Source of the DNA: an uncultured Rikenellaceae bacterium
GTDB taxonomy: Bacteria > Bacteroidota > Bacteroidia > Bacteroidales > VadinHA17
Assembly: GCA_964387565.1 (NCBI GenBank)
Contig: CAYLYN010000005.1
Span: forward strand, 1-57,470
Reading direction: 5' to 3'
Length of the DNA stretch: 57,470 nucleotides
Part shown: piece after piece, positions 9,085-19,239 of the stretch
Layout of the letters: every line of letters begins with the position of its first letter
Numbering within the stretch: the first letter of the stretch is position 1
Position numbers and translations under genes: made by a program
Notes under the pieces: model-generated
What the model saw: only the letters and a program-made list of their open reading frames with translations
Database searches by the model: none
What the model was told of the DNA's origin: nothing

Positions 9085-12000
9085 TTACGCTTCGTTACTA
9101 TTTATGTAATTAAAAATTTCAATTGAGCTTTCCGGAAATTGATAATCAAAATCCTCTGCTACAGCAAGTGAAAGGGAATAGAAGGATCCTGTCCCTTTGT
9201 TTCCACCCGCAAATTCTTTCTCATCCAACTTGCCTTCATAATGAATAATCACTTTCCCATTTCCCTGTTTCTGTGAAACAGGCCAGATAATGGAATTATC
9301 CATTATGACTGAAGAAAGTGTTGGAAAATCCTTGTGAAACCGCAGATTTTCTGCAAGAGTAAGTATTTCATCCTCCAGAATCCCGGGGAAGCACTTCGTC
9401 AGGAACAAAGTCTTCTCAAAAAGCAACTCTTCGCCTGCCACTTCTCTTCCGGCTATCTGGTCGAGCCTGCTTCTGGCTGTGGCAGGCAGGCGAGGCGAAA
9501 CTGATTTGTATAGCTCTTTTCCTGTTCCTGAAACAATCCTTACAGCCTCTTCGCGCAGAATTTCCTCCGGACTAAAAAGAAGGGCAACCACTGATTCAGT
9601 CAATGCTTCGTCTTCTATCTCTCTTATGCTCCTGAGAACAGAAGCTTTTGTCCAGATGCTTACAAGGTTATAGTCACGGTTTATTATATCCTCAATCAGT
9701 CTTTTATATTCCGGCACCTCAACAGGGAAGAACTGGAAAAGATTCTTAAGCTTTTCCTCATCAGGAACGGCATCGACGAGCATTATCAGTTTCTGCTTTA
9801 TGGATTCATCTATCACTATATCAATCATCTCCAGTGCGAAGTTGACACTTTCAACAGTTTCACTGTCAAGATTTTCCTGTATTTTTACTATAGATCCTTT
9901 GTCGTAAGAAATTGACAGAAGGTTAAAAAGATAACGTCTCCATCGGGATATCTCCTTATTAATAACCTTCAGGAGCACCTGGTCATTATTTTTTTCAATG
10001 CTCCTCCTGGCTGAAAGATTCCATGTCATAATCCCGATTGTCTCTGTTATGAGTTGGTGAAGCTTATCTTTCTCCTCCATTGAAGGGCTGAAGTCTATAT
10101 CAAGAAGACATTTCAGGGCAAGTTCCTTAAGCTGCCTCGAATTTGACCATAACCGGGAAAAGAGAAATAGCCTTGTCTCCGGAGTATTTATCTTTCCAAG
10201 GAGCCTTAATATTGTCATGCTTGTATTAATATTGCCAGAGGAAGCAAGATAAAATCTCTCCAGCTCTTCCCCTGCCTCATTGCCGAAAGTCTTGAGTACA
10301 GCAAATGCATCAGTCTCCAGGCCTTTGAAATTCAGGCACTCACAAACTTCCGGAAGCATATCCTTAAGCTTAAATTTTCCTATCAGGAAAACACCCATCC
10401 TCTTAGCCTCTAATGAGTTATCGCGCAACAACCTGAGAATCTCTGTTGTTTGAGGCATTCTGGATCCTTCAAGTACTTTTCTCGCCGAAACAAGTTTATC
10501 TGATCCTGTTCTGCCGGCTGAAGAAATTTCCTCAAGTCGTTTCAGCAGTTCTCCGGCAAGCCGTCGGTTATTATCATCTATCGTCCCAAGACTATTCACT
10601 TTCCTGAGTACCGGTACTAGTGTTGTGTCATTCCCTGAGGATGAATGATCAATAATCTTCCTGAAATACCATTTGTTTATTCCACCTTCAAGGGTGGAAA
10701 AATCGCCTGAAATAAGATTAAAATAATCCTTTCTGAAAGCACTCTCTGCGGCAAATCTGCTATTTAGCTCTGCTTTAAAGACTCCCTGATCGGGTAAAAC
10801 ACTTTCCTCAGTAGTTTCAAGAGCTTTCCTGATGGACTTTCGGTACTCATTATAAAGCATCACTGCAACAAATACCCAGATTATTATGAATATGAAGAGT
10901 ACCCATGAAAAATGAATGAGCTTAATAAAACTCAGAACACCCATTCCGGCAAGGATCAGACCTGATGAAAGAGCGGCTATTTCATTTACAGTACCATCCA
11001 TTACCGATTGAATCTCATACCTTATCTTCTCATTTATGGTCTGATATATCACTTTGAATGAAGGTGATTCAATAGAATCTTTAAGTGATTTGGAGAATAG
11101 CCTGCTAAGAGCAAGCAGAAGGAAAAAAATGATGAATCCACTGGCAGCTTCAGGAGTATATCCCATTGTCATCCCGATGATTATGGCAACAGCAGTAAAC
11201 ACTGCAACCAGAACCGGAGAAATTGCGAGGCAGGTTCTCAGACCATAATTTCTTATGAGATAAGAGAATACCAGAAGCTTTACAAGAAGAGTAAAGATCA
11301 TCATGGAACCTGTAAATATTCCAAGGAACCTGGCCATATCTTCCTCTGCCGGATACTGGGCCCTTGTAACTGCCATAAAAGAATACTGTACAAAGAATGC
11401 CGTAATAACAGAAAGCGCCACAAATATCCCCATTACCCTTGTGTACCTGTCTTCCCTGAAAGTTGCAATAACTGATTTCTTCTTCTCTTTTTCACCGGGC
11501 AGTTTCTCTTCCTTTCCTGAAACAAAACTGAATCTTGATCCTATGATTATCTGTACAATTGTAGCTAACAGAACTGATAAGGCGCTAATAAGCAGAATAT
11601 TATGAGACTCGAACCGGAAAGCCAGCAATACAGGAATTGTGTAACAACTTATAATTATCCCAATTACCAGTCCTGCATCAACCAGACCGAACAGCCTTTT
11701 ACCCTGCCTCAGAGTAAATAAACGTCCTGCTGTTCCCCAGAACCCCAGAGCAGCAAGAATATTGAGAGGGCCAAGCATAATAAAAACAAGAAAGATCACC
11801 CATTTCGCAGAAAAGAGGATTACAGCAGTCCACAGCAACAAGCTCAGTATTGTAACAAAAGCAAGGTTAAGGATTGCGAAGTTTCTGAATTTCATTCTTG
11901 TCTGTAATCCGGTATAGAGGGCTGTAAGAAATATTCCTGCAAAACCGGAAACCACATAACCCCGGGCCATCATCTTCTCATCAAATATCGAAAGGAAAAG

Positions 12001-12126
12001 CGAGTGAGCGCTGATGTCAAATGCACCGAAAAAAATACCTAAAAAAACAGATTGGGTAAGAAGCATTAAAACCATAGATTCCTCACCGGATTCAATTCCA
12101 AGTGCAGAAAGCAGTTTTTCTCTCAT
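9085..12126 (-). CDS. Large fusion protein with an N-terminal ~12-TM transporter-like domain (MFS/TLC nucleotide-carrier-like), HEAT/ARM-like repeats and a C-terminal cNMP-binding-like domain
   Basis: About 430 aa are very hydrophobic, with around 12 predicted helices. A ~450-aa helical-repeat region follows. The last ~120 aa (LFEKTLFLTKCFPGILEDEILTLAENLRFHKDFP...IIHYEGK) resemble a cyclic-nucleotide-binding fold. Its stop is 10 nt from the PP2C gene start. The domain calls are by eye only. Confidence 0.55.
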   Translation of the reverse strand: MREKLLSALGIESGEESMVLMLLTQSVFLGIFFGAFDISAHSLFLSIFDEKMMARGYVVSGFAGIFLTALYTGLQTRMKFRNFAILNLAFVTILSLLLWTAVILFSAKWVIFLVFIMLGPLNILAALGFWGTAGRLFTLRQGKRLFGLVDAGLVIGIIISCYTIPVLLAFRFESHNILLISALSVLLATIVQIIIGSRFSFVSGKEEKLPGEKEKKKSVIATFREDRYTRVMGIFVALSVITAFFVQYSFMAVTRAQYPAEEDMARFLGIFTGSMMIFTLLVKLLVFSYLIRNYGLRTCLAISPVLVAVFTAVAIIIGMTMGYTPEAASGFIIFFLLLALSRLFSKSLKDSIESPSFKVIYQTINEKIRYEIQSVMDGTVNEIAALSSGLILAGMGVLSFIKLIHFSWVLFIFIIIWVFVAVMLYNEYRKSIRKALETTEESVLPDQGVFKAELNSRFAAESAFRKDYFNLISGDFSTLEGGINKWYFRKIIDHSSSGNDTTLVPVLRKVNSLGTIDDNNRRLAGELLKRLEEISSAGRTGSDKLVSARKVLEGSRMPQTTEILRLLRDNSLEAKRMGVFLIGKFKLKDMLPEVCECLNFKGLETDAFAVLKTFGNEAGEELERFYLASSGNINTSMTILRLLGKINTPETRLFLFSRLWSNSRQLKELALKCLLDIDFSPSMEEKDKLHQLITETIGIMTWNLSARRSIEKNNDQVLLKVINKEISRWRRYLFNLLSISYDKGSIVKIQENLDSETVESVNFALEMIDIVIDESIKQKLIMLVDAVPDEEKLKNLFQFFPVEVPEYKRLIEDIINRDYNLVSIWTKASVLRSIREIEDEALTESVVALLFSPEEILREEAVRIVSGTGKELYKSVSPRLPATARSRLDQIAGREVAGEELLFEKTLFLTKCFPGILEDEILTLAENLRFHKDFPTLSSVIMDNSIIWPVSQKQGNGKVIIHYEGKLDEKEFAGGNKGTGSFYSLSLAVAEDFDYQFPESSIEIFNYINSNEA

Positions 12127-12242
12127 TATTTCCCCTTTAGAATTTAATGAAAGCTAAATTAAGAATTTAATCCATAAAAGGTTACGGAATCCCCTTTTTT
12201 TTGACAAACTGCGCATTTTTGTATACCAGCTTGCACTGGTTT

Positions 12243-12776
12243 CTATGCTTCTCTATCCAGTTTTGAAATAATAAGAACTTTAAGCGAACTTAGATCAAGA
12301 TTATAACCATCAACAATAATGTGAGATTTTTCATACCATCCTGCCCTTTCCGACAGCTTACTTACAATATATTGCAGGAGTCTGTCCCCTGTGAGATTTG
12401 TAATAAGAGGTCTTTCATCAGATGATCTTTTAAGTCTGCCTGCAAGCTGCGATGGAGTGAGTTTCAGATATACTGTCAGACCCGAATTATTCATAAATTC
12501 CATATTACCATTGTAGCATGGCGCCCCGCCTCCTGTAGCCACAATAGTATCAGATTCGGGACTCAGGGCTCTTAGAGTTTCCGCTTCAATTTCCCTGAAA
12601 TGGTCTTCACCATGATCAGCAAATATTTCAGGAATAGTCTTACCTGTATGCTCTTCAATTCTTTTGTCAAGATCAATAAAAGACCAACCAAGTGAAGCTG
12701 CCAGCTTCTTTCCTGCGGTAGTTTTTCCGCTTCCCATAAACCCGATGATATAAAGTATATGGATTCCGGGCATCAC
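12243..12776 (-). CDS. aroK: Shikimate kinase
   Basis: Contains IIGFMGSGKTTAGKKLA, DLD and the typical ~175 aa length. Its start overlaps the parC stop by 4 nt. Confidence 0.9.
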   Translation of the reverse strand: MMPGIHILYIIGFMGSGKTTAGKKLAASLGWSFIDLDKRIEEHTGKTIPEIFADHGEDHFREIEAETLRALSPESDTIVATGGGAPCYNGNMEFMNNSGLTVYLKLTPSQLAGRLKRSSDERPLITNLTGDRLLQYIVSKLSERAGWYEKSHIIVDGYNLDLSSLKVLIISKLDREA

Positions 12777-15400
12777 AATTCCAGTTTCATCTGTGCCGGA
12801 TCATCTCCAGGTCCCGGCTGAGGAGGAGTTTCTTCCTCATCCTTAGGAATAACTGAAGGCATAGCTTCCTTCTTAACTACCGGCTCAATTTCCTGAATAT
12901 TGTCAACCATATAGCTTGTCAGCCTCTTTCCTTTGGCTTTATAGCTTTTAACCCCTATAAATTCAGCTACTTCAATTATTTCATTATCCCTGCTCTTGTG
13001 CTTCCCTCCGAAATGAATTTCAAATCTTGGATATTCAACTTCTGTAATACTAATAAGCCTTGACTCAGGATCCTCATTTATAAAGCATTGGGGCTTTTCC
13101 GACTCTTCGATCATGAACCGTTTGACATAATAGAACTTTTGTTCGGCATCCCAGTAAACGACTGAATAGACTTTACCAGGTTTATATTTTTCAATAAGCA
13201 GAATATTGTCCTCGAAATGATTTGACAGATCAAAGCCGGTAATCCGGAAATATCCGTTTTTGGTAATTACCTGTATTTTATCCTCTGCACTGAACTCGCC
13301 GAGGAATGTTCCCCTGCCATCCACATTCAGCCTGAAAACGGCATCATCAAACCATATTTTCCTACCGCCAAGTGTTGAAAGACCCTTCTCTTTGAGTGCT
13401 ATCTTGTGAACAGCATTCCTGGTGAGTATATTTCCCATTGAAGACTTTCCCTTAATGTTCATCTGCCCGAAATCAAATTCAAAGACAAGCTTTTTAAGTC
13501 TCGCTTTTGGTTTATGATGGACTCTTATGACTTCAGCTTCACCGTTTGGATTAACACTCAGGTAAACAATCCTGGAGCCCTGGGTCCCCCTTGTCAGATT
13601 ATATTCCTTGTCACGGGTAAGTCCGGTAATTGCACATCGTTTTGCCAGGAGAGGGCCATCCCTTCCGTCCTGGTAAACGATATTGTAGATTGTCCTTTCG
13701 TCATTCTTAAGAAATACCTGTGCATAAAGAATATCGGTACCCACAAAGACCTTTTCAGAAACCTTTGTTATAAGATATCCTCCGTCTTTCCTGATTACAA
13801 TTATATCATCAATATCAGAGCAGTCGCAGACAAATTCATCTTTCCTGAGCGCTGTACCCAGAAAGCCTTCCTTGTAGTTAATGTAAAGTTTGGCATTGTT
13901 GGCAACAACTTTCGTTGCTTCAATAGTATCAAAACTTCTGATCTCAGTTTTACGTTCTCTCCCCTTTCCGTATTTTTTCCTGATCTGCTTGAAATAATTT
14001 ATGGCAAAGGGAATAATGTTTTTAAGGTGATTTTTCACCTCTTCAAGTTCGCTCTCAATTCCTTTTATATGCTCATCAGCTTTTTTGACATCATATTTTG
14101 AAATCCTTTTTATCCTGATCTCTGTCAGCTGAATAATATCTTCCCTCGTAACCTCCCTGAGAAGCAGTTTCTTATATGGCTTCAACCCTTTATCGATCGC
14201 AGCAATAACACCTTCCCATGTATCAACCTCTTCTATATCCCTGTAGATCCTTTTCTCTATGAAGATCTTTTCGAGTGAAGACATGTGCCATTCTTCCTGC
14301 AATTCGTCCCTTCTGATTTCAAGTTCCTTCCTGAGCAGTTCAACAGTTTTATCAGCCGAATGCTTAAGGATAGTGCTGACACCCATGAAAGAAGGCTTAT
14401 CATCAACAATTACGCAGGTATTTGGTGAAATTGAGTATTCGCAGTCGGTAAGTGCATAAAGGGCATCGATGGTTTTATCGGGTGAGACCCCGGGAATAAG
14501 ATGAACAACAATCTCAACATCAGAAGAGGTGTTGTCATCTATTTTTTTGATCTTTATCTTTCCCTTTTCATTCGCTTTAATAATTGATTCAATAAGGGTG
14601 CTTGTCGTTTTTCCATAAGGTATCTCCTTAATAACCAGCGCCTTTTTGTCAATCTTATCTATCTTTGCCCTGACTTTAATGACACCTCCCCTCTGACCGT
14701 CATTATATTTTGATACATCTATTAATCCACCGGTCGGAAAGTCAGGATATATAACGAAATCCCTTCCCTCCAGGTAGTCAATTGAAGCATCAATAAGCTC
14801 ATTGAAATTATGCGGTAGTATTTTAGATGCAAGTCCGACTGCAATACCTTCGCCTCCCTGGGCAAGTAGCAGCGGAAATTTTACAGGAAGTGTTACTGGT
14901 TCCTTATTTCTTCCATCGTATGATAATTTCCATTCTGTTGTTTTTGAATTGAAAACCACCTCAAGTGCGAATTTGGATAGCCTGGCTTCAATATAACGTG
15001 GTGCAGCCGCACCATCACCGGTAAGCAGGTTACCCCAGTTTCCCTGGGCCTCAATTAAAAGATCTTTCTGACCTAACTGAACCAGGGCATCACCTATTGA
15101 GGCATCACCATGTGGATGAAATTGCATTGTATGACCGATAATATTGGCCACTTTATTATAGCGGCCATCGTCCATGCGTTTCATGGAATGGAGGATACGT
15201 CTCTGTACCGGCTTAAGTCCGTCATTCAAATGAGGTACAGCCCTTTCAAGAATAACATATGAGGCATATTCAAGAAACCAGTCCTGGTACATTCCCGACA
15301 AAGCCGTAACAGAATGAAGAGCAACCGGCCCTTCCTGGTCCTGCTCCTTACCTTCATTTTTGTTTAATTCAAGATCCTTTTCTTCCATATAAAACTGCAA
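12773..15400 (-). CDS. parC: DNA topoisomerase IV subunit A (type IIA topoisomerase A subunit)
   Basis: Contains YVILERAVPHLNDGLKPVQRRILHSM and the catalytic-Tyr region AAPRYIEARLS. It is paired with a short (616 aa) B subunit immediately upstream. ParC rather than GyrA is inferred from that pairing and the subunit lengths. Confidence 0.85.
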   Translation of the reverse strand: MQFYMEEKDLELNKNEGKEQDQEGPVALHSVTALSGMYQDWFLEYASYVILERAVPHLNDGLKPVQRRILHSMKRMDDGRYNKVANIIGHTMQFHPHGDASIGDALVQLGQKDLLIEAQGNWGNLLTGDGAAAPRYIEARLSKFALEVVFNSKTTEWKLSYDGRNKEPVTLPVKFPLLLAQGGEGIAVGLASKILPHNFNELIDASIDYLEGRDFVIYPDFPTGGLIDVSKYNDGQRGGVIKVRAKIDKIDKKALVIKEIPYGKTTSTLIESIIKANEKGKIKIKKIDDNTSSDVEIVVHLIPGVSPDKTIDALYALTDCEYSISPNTCVIVDDKPSFMGVSTILKHSADKTVELLRKELEIRRDELQEEWHMSSLEKIFIEKRIYRDIEEVDTWEGVIAAIDKGLKPYKKLLLREVTREDIIQLTEIRIKRISKYDVKKADEHIKGIESELEEVKNHLKNIIPFAINYFKQIRKKYGKGRERKTEIRSFDTIEATKVVANNAKLYINYKEGFLGTALRKDEFVCDCSDIDDIIVIRKDGGYLITKVSEKVFVGTDILYAQVFLKNDERTIYNIVYQDGRDGPLLAKRCAITGLTRDKEYNLTRGTQGSRIVYLSVNPNGEAEVIRVHHKPKARLKKLVFEFDFGQMNIKGKSSMGNILTRNAVHKIALKEKGLSTLGGRKIWFDDAVFRLNVDGRGTFLGEFSAEDKIQVITKNGYFRITGFDLSNHFEDNILLIEKYKPGKVYSVVYWDAEQKFYYVKRFMIEESEKPQCFINEDPESRLISITEVEYPRFEIHFGGKHKSRDNEIIEVAEFIGVKSYKAKGKRLTSYMVDNIQEIEPVVKKEAMPSVIPKDEEETPPQPGPGDDPAQMKLEL

Positions 15401-15412
15401 TGTCAGATATTG

Positions 15413-17263
15413 CTACAGTTGGATTTCCTCTTCCACTTTATCGTCTTCAATTTTCAGATTATCTATAATAAAATCCTGTCTCTCAGGAGTGTTCTTTCCC
15501 ATAAAGAATTCGAGGTAACCGTTTACAAGGTCATCCCTTTTCATCCGAACAGGTTCCAGCCTCATATCCTTTCCAATGAAATGCCTGAATTCATCAGGTG
15601 ATATTTCACCCAGCCCCTTGAATCGTGTAATTTCCGGATTTGGGCCCAGGGCCTTTATGGCTTTTGCTTTTTCCTCAGGGGAATAACAGTAACGAGTCTC
15701 TTTTTTATTTCTTACACGGAAAAGAGGTGTCTGAAGGATGTAGACATGTCCTTTTTTTACAAGATCAGGGAAAAACTGGAGAAAAAAAGTAAGAAGAAGG
15801 AGCCGTATATGCATTCCGTCAACATCAGCATCTGTTGCTATTACAACATTGTTATACCTCAGGTTTTCAATGCCATCTTCTATATTAAGTGCCGCCTGCA
15901 GCAGGTTGAATTCCTCATTCTCATAGACTATTTTCTTGGTAAGACCGTATGAGTTCAACGGCTTGCCTCTGAGACTGAAAACAGCCTGTGTTTCAACATT
16001 CCGTGATTTTGTGATTGATCCGCTTGCCGAGTCGCCTTCAGTTATGAAAAGAGTCGAATCGAGCTTATTGGCATCATTTGAATTATAATGGGTTCTGCAG
16101 TCGCGGAGCTTTTTATTGTGAAGACTGACCTTTTTTGCCCTGTCTCTTGCAAGTTTCTGGATAGAGGAAATTGCTTTACGCTCTTTCTCTGCATCCTGGA
16201 TCTTTTTCAGAATAATCCTTGCAGTTTCAGGATTCTTATGAAGGTAATCATCCAGCTGCTTTTTAAGAAACTCTGAGATGAAGTTTCTTACAGATGGTCC
16301 TTCAGGTCCCATATCTTTGGATCCCAGTTTTGTTTTGGTCTGCGATTCGAATATTGGTTCCTCAACCTTAATACTTATGGCTGCAATTATGGATGATCGT
16401 ATATCAGCCGGATCAAAATCCTTCTTGTAAAACTCCCTGATAGTCTTGACCAGCGCCTCACGGAAAGCTATGAGATGAGTTCCTCCCTGAGTAGTATTCT
16501 GCCCGTTAACAAAACTGTAATAATCCTCTCCGTACTGAAGTCCGTGCGAAAAAGCAATTTCTATGTCATCCCCCTTCAGATGTATCAGCGGATAAAGCCC
16601 CTCTTTGCTCATATTCTCATTGAGAAGATCTGCCAGTCCGTTGCGCGAAATGAATTTATTGCCGTTGAAATTGATAATGAGGCCGGCATTCAGGTAGACA
16701 TAATTCTTAATCATTGAATCAACATACTCAGAGATGTAGAAATAGTTTCCAAACATCTCTTCATCAGGTTCAAAGATTACTTCCACGCCATTTTCTTCCT
16801 GGGTAGCGGCCAGAGGCAGGTCGTTTTTTGTCAGTCCATGCTCAAATTCTATTGCCTTTACCTGGCCATCACGAAAAGATCTTATTATGAATTTCCCGGA
16901 CAGAGCATTAACAGCCTTGACACCAACACCGTTAAGTCCTACAGATTTTTTGAATGCCTTGGAATCATATTTGGCACCTGTGTTCATTTTGGAAACAACA
17001 TCGAGAACCTTTCCAAGCGGAATGCCCCTGCCATAATCACGAATCCTTACCTCCCTGCCAGTAATGGATACATCAATCTTTTTCCCGTTACCCATCATAT
17101 ATTCATCAATGGCATTATCCATTACCTCCTTAAGAAGCACGTAGATTCCGTCATCCTGTGAAGAGCCATCACCAAGCTTTCCAATATACATTCCTGGCCT
17201 GAGCCTGATATGTTCCCTCCATTCCAGGGTTTTTATATGTTCCTCTGAATAACCAACTGACAT
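15413..17263 (-). CDS. parE: DNA topoisomerase IV subunit B
   Basis: The GHKL ATPase motif is [12 protein letters not shown]. The Toprim motif is [12 protein letters not shown], and PLRGKPLN is present. It is 616 aa and lies 12 nt upstream of parC. Confidence 0.85.
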   Translation of the reverse strand: MSVGYSEEHIKTLEWREHIRLRPGMYIGKLGDGSSQDDGIYVLLKEVMDNAIDEYMMGNGKKIDVSITGREVRIRDYGRGIPLGKVLDVVSKMNTGAKYDSKAFKKSVGLNGVGVKAVNALSGKFIIRSFRDGQVKAIEFEHGLTKNDLPLAATQEENGVEVIFEPDEEMFGNYFYISEYVDSMIKNYVYLNAGLIINFNGNKFISRNGLADLLNENMSKEGLYPLIHLKGDDIEIAFSHGLQYGEDYYSFVNGQNTTQGGTHLIAFREALVKTIREFYKKDFDPADIRSSIIAAISIKVEEPIFESQTKTKLGSKDMGPEGPSVRNFISEFLKKQLDDYLHKNPETARIILKKIQDAEKERKAISSIQKLARDRAKKVSLHNKKLRDCRTHYNSNDANKLDSTLFITEGDSASGSITKSRNVETQAVFSLRGKPLNSYGLTKKIVYENEEFNLLQAALNIEDGIENLRYNNVVIATDADVDGMHIRLLLLTFFLQFFPDLVKKGHVYILQTPLFRVRNKKETRYCYSPEEKAKAIKALGPNPEITRFKGLGEISPDEFRHFIGKDMRLEPVRMKRDDLVNGYLEFFMGKNTPERQDFIIDNLKIEDDKVEEEIQL

Positions 17264-17432
17264 TTTAGGAGAAATTTGCGCAAATATAAGAATAAGAAGC
17301 AGGCGTTATTCCTGAATTTTTCAACAAAAGAGGTGATTTTTGGCACAAAGAAGGGATCAGACCTTACATTTACAAATCATTCAATCAGTTATTCAGGCAG
17401 GCGAAATTACTATCTTGTTGATAAAACAGCTC

Positions 17433-19235
17433 CTAATCCAGAATTCCCATCTGTTTCATTAAAAGGGCAGCATTCATCTTGTTTGTAACTCCATCACAGA
17501 GTTTATAATCGAACTTAATATCCTCTCCATCTATTTCAACCTCAAAGCATTTATTGAAAACCCTGCCCTTATACTCATCTTCCAGTTCACCGATTGAGAT
17601 ATCGTGAGTGGCAATAATGCCTGTCCCCGCTGAAACAATAAGCCTTTTAATAAAAAGCTTCGATCCGGTGCTTTTATCAGCTGAATTGGTACCTTTGAGA
17701 ATCTCATCCAGGATAAACATAACCGGTTCTCCCTTATCAACCAGTAACTTAAGATGCTTCAGTCTCTTCAATTCAGCATAGAAATATGATTCATGATCTG
17801 ATAATGAATCAGTTGTTCTCATACTTGTAAATAACATAACCGGTCTGAATTTCATTTCAGATGCACATACAGGAGCTCCGATCATTGCGAGGATGTAATT
17901 TACAGCCACTGTTCTGAGAAATGTGCTTTTGCCGGCCATGTTGGCCCCTGTAATTATTGTGATGCTTCCTTTTTGCGGAATTGAAAAATCATTACATACA
18001 CGGTCGACCGATCTGATAAGAGGATGTCCGAGATTAGTAGCAAAAAATATTTCATCATTTGAAGAGAGGTCAGGATATGAAAATCCGGGATTATTAAATG
18101 CATAATTCCCAAGGCTTATAAATGCATCGACTTCGCCCAGCATCTCAAGCCATAAAGGAAAATGGGCCCTGTATTCCGACTTCCACTTTTCAAGCCTCCT
18201 GATACTCTGATAGTCCCATAATAAAAGGCCGTTTAACAGAATCCCCATCAACATATTCAGCCTGGTGTCGAATGACTGAATCAGCCTGCCCAGCTTTCTT
18301 ACAGAAACAGAAGCAGATACTCCTTTACCTGATATTTTTTCCTTTATCTCCTTCAGAACTTCAGAATTAAAAGTCTCTTTTCCGAATGAGTCTAACAGGC
18401 TGTCCATAGATGACAGAAAATGATATTTCCGTGTAATAATATTGTGAATCCTGTTAGTTTTCCTGAGACCTGCGGAGACAAATAATAGGTTTACCAGAAA
18501 AATAAATGTAAATGCCGGATATGGCAGGATCCCGGCAATCAGTAGAAGAAGCAGTATTATGGCCGCACCCGGAAGCAGGACAAGCATGTATCTCTTTAAC
18601 GGGGATGTTTCATATTCAGCATCTTCATTAAGCCACTCGAGCAGTAAGGCAATCTCCTTTTTTTCAAGAGGATTTTTATACCCTTTCGCCATAAATTCCT
18701 GTCTCCACTGCTCTTTACCTGACAACTCTTTTACGGTCTCCTGTCTCCTCAGGATATGAGGGGAAAGCAGATAAGGATCGGAAAACCATCCGGCAAGAAT
18801 CTCCCTTCCATAGCTTGTCACTGTTCTGTTAATATACTGAAAAACAGACATCTGCCCAAATATATCGGTGTCATCTGAAAAAGGATGGTCTTTATCTGAA
18901 AACTCAGCTCCCGCGGCAAAAAAGGATGTATCTCCTTTAATAGCCATAGCTTCCCGGGAGTTTATTTCTGAAAGATTATTGAAAAAGGTTCTTCTCTCTG
19001 TATGATGCGAATAAAGCTTTATCAGCCATAGGAAAAGCATCACGGATAATGATAATATCAAAATCCCCTGCAAAATACCCAAATTAAACCCATACCAGCT
19101 AAGGAAAACACCACCGGCAAAAGCTGAGAGTCTTAACATTGAAAGAATAAACAACTTTCGGTCCTGCTTAAGAGTCAACAGCCTGAAATCTTCAGCTGCC
19201 CTCGTGTATTTCTCAAAAAGGCTTACCTCTGACAT
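17433..19235 (-). CDS. MutS-related ATPase (MutS domain V only) with an N-terminal membrane region
   Basis: Walker A is ITGANMAGKSTFLRTV and Walker B is MFILDEILKGTN. Several hydrophobic helices are present (FAGGVFLSWYGF, GILILSLSVMLFLWLI, LLPGAAIILLLLLIAGI). I moved the start to the ATG at 19235 (MSEVSLFEKY), 4 nt after the upstream stop. The track start at 19292 would overlap the upstream gene. Confidence 0.8.
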   Translation of the reverse strand: MSEVSLFEKYTRAAEDFRLLTLKQDRKLFILSMLRLSAFAGGVFLSWYGFNLGILQGILILSLSVMLFLWLIKLYSHHTERRTFFNNLSEINSREAMAIKGDTSFFAAGAEFSDKDHPFSDDTDIFGQMSVFQYINRTVTSYGREILAGWFSDPYLLSPHILRRQETVKELSGKEQWRQEFMAKGYKNPLEKKEIALLLEWLNEDAEYETSPLKRYMLVLLPGAAIILLLLLIAGILPYPAFTFIFLVNLLFVSAGLRKTNRIHNIITRKYHFLSSMDSLLDSFGKETFNSEVLKEIKEKISGKGVSASVSVRKLGRLIQSFDTRLNMLMGILLNGLLLWDYQSIRRLEKWKSEYRAHFPLWLEMLGEVDAFISLGNYAFNNPGFSYPDLSSNDEIFFATNLGHPLIRSVDRVCNDFSIPQKGSITIITGANMAGKSTFLRTVAVNYILAMIGAPVCASEMKFRPVMLFTSMRTTDSLSDHESYFYAELKRLKHLKLLVDKGEPVMFILDEILKGTNSADKSTGSKLFIKRLIVSAGTGIIATHDISIGELEDEYKGRVFNKCFEVEIDGEDIKFDYKLCDGVTNKMNAALLMKQMGILD

Positions 19236-19239
19236 ATTA

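Noticed and set aside
13514-14101. + strand 195-aa ORF
   Set aside because: It is antisense to parC and has a low-complexity, Phe/Ile-rich composition typical of shadow ORFs in AT-rich DNA.
17276-17488. + strand 70-aa ORF in the parE/MutS-like spacer
   Set aside because: It uses a TTG start, has a Lys/Asn-rich low-complexity composition, and overlaps the 3' end of the MutS-like gene.
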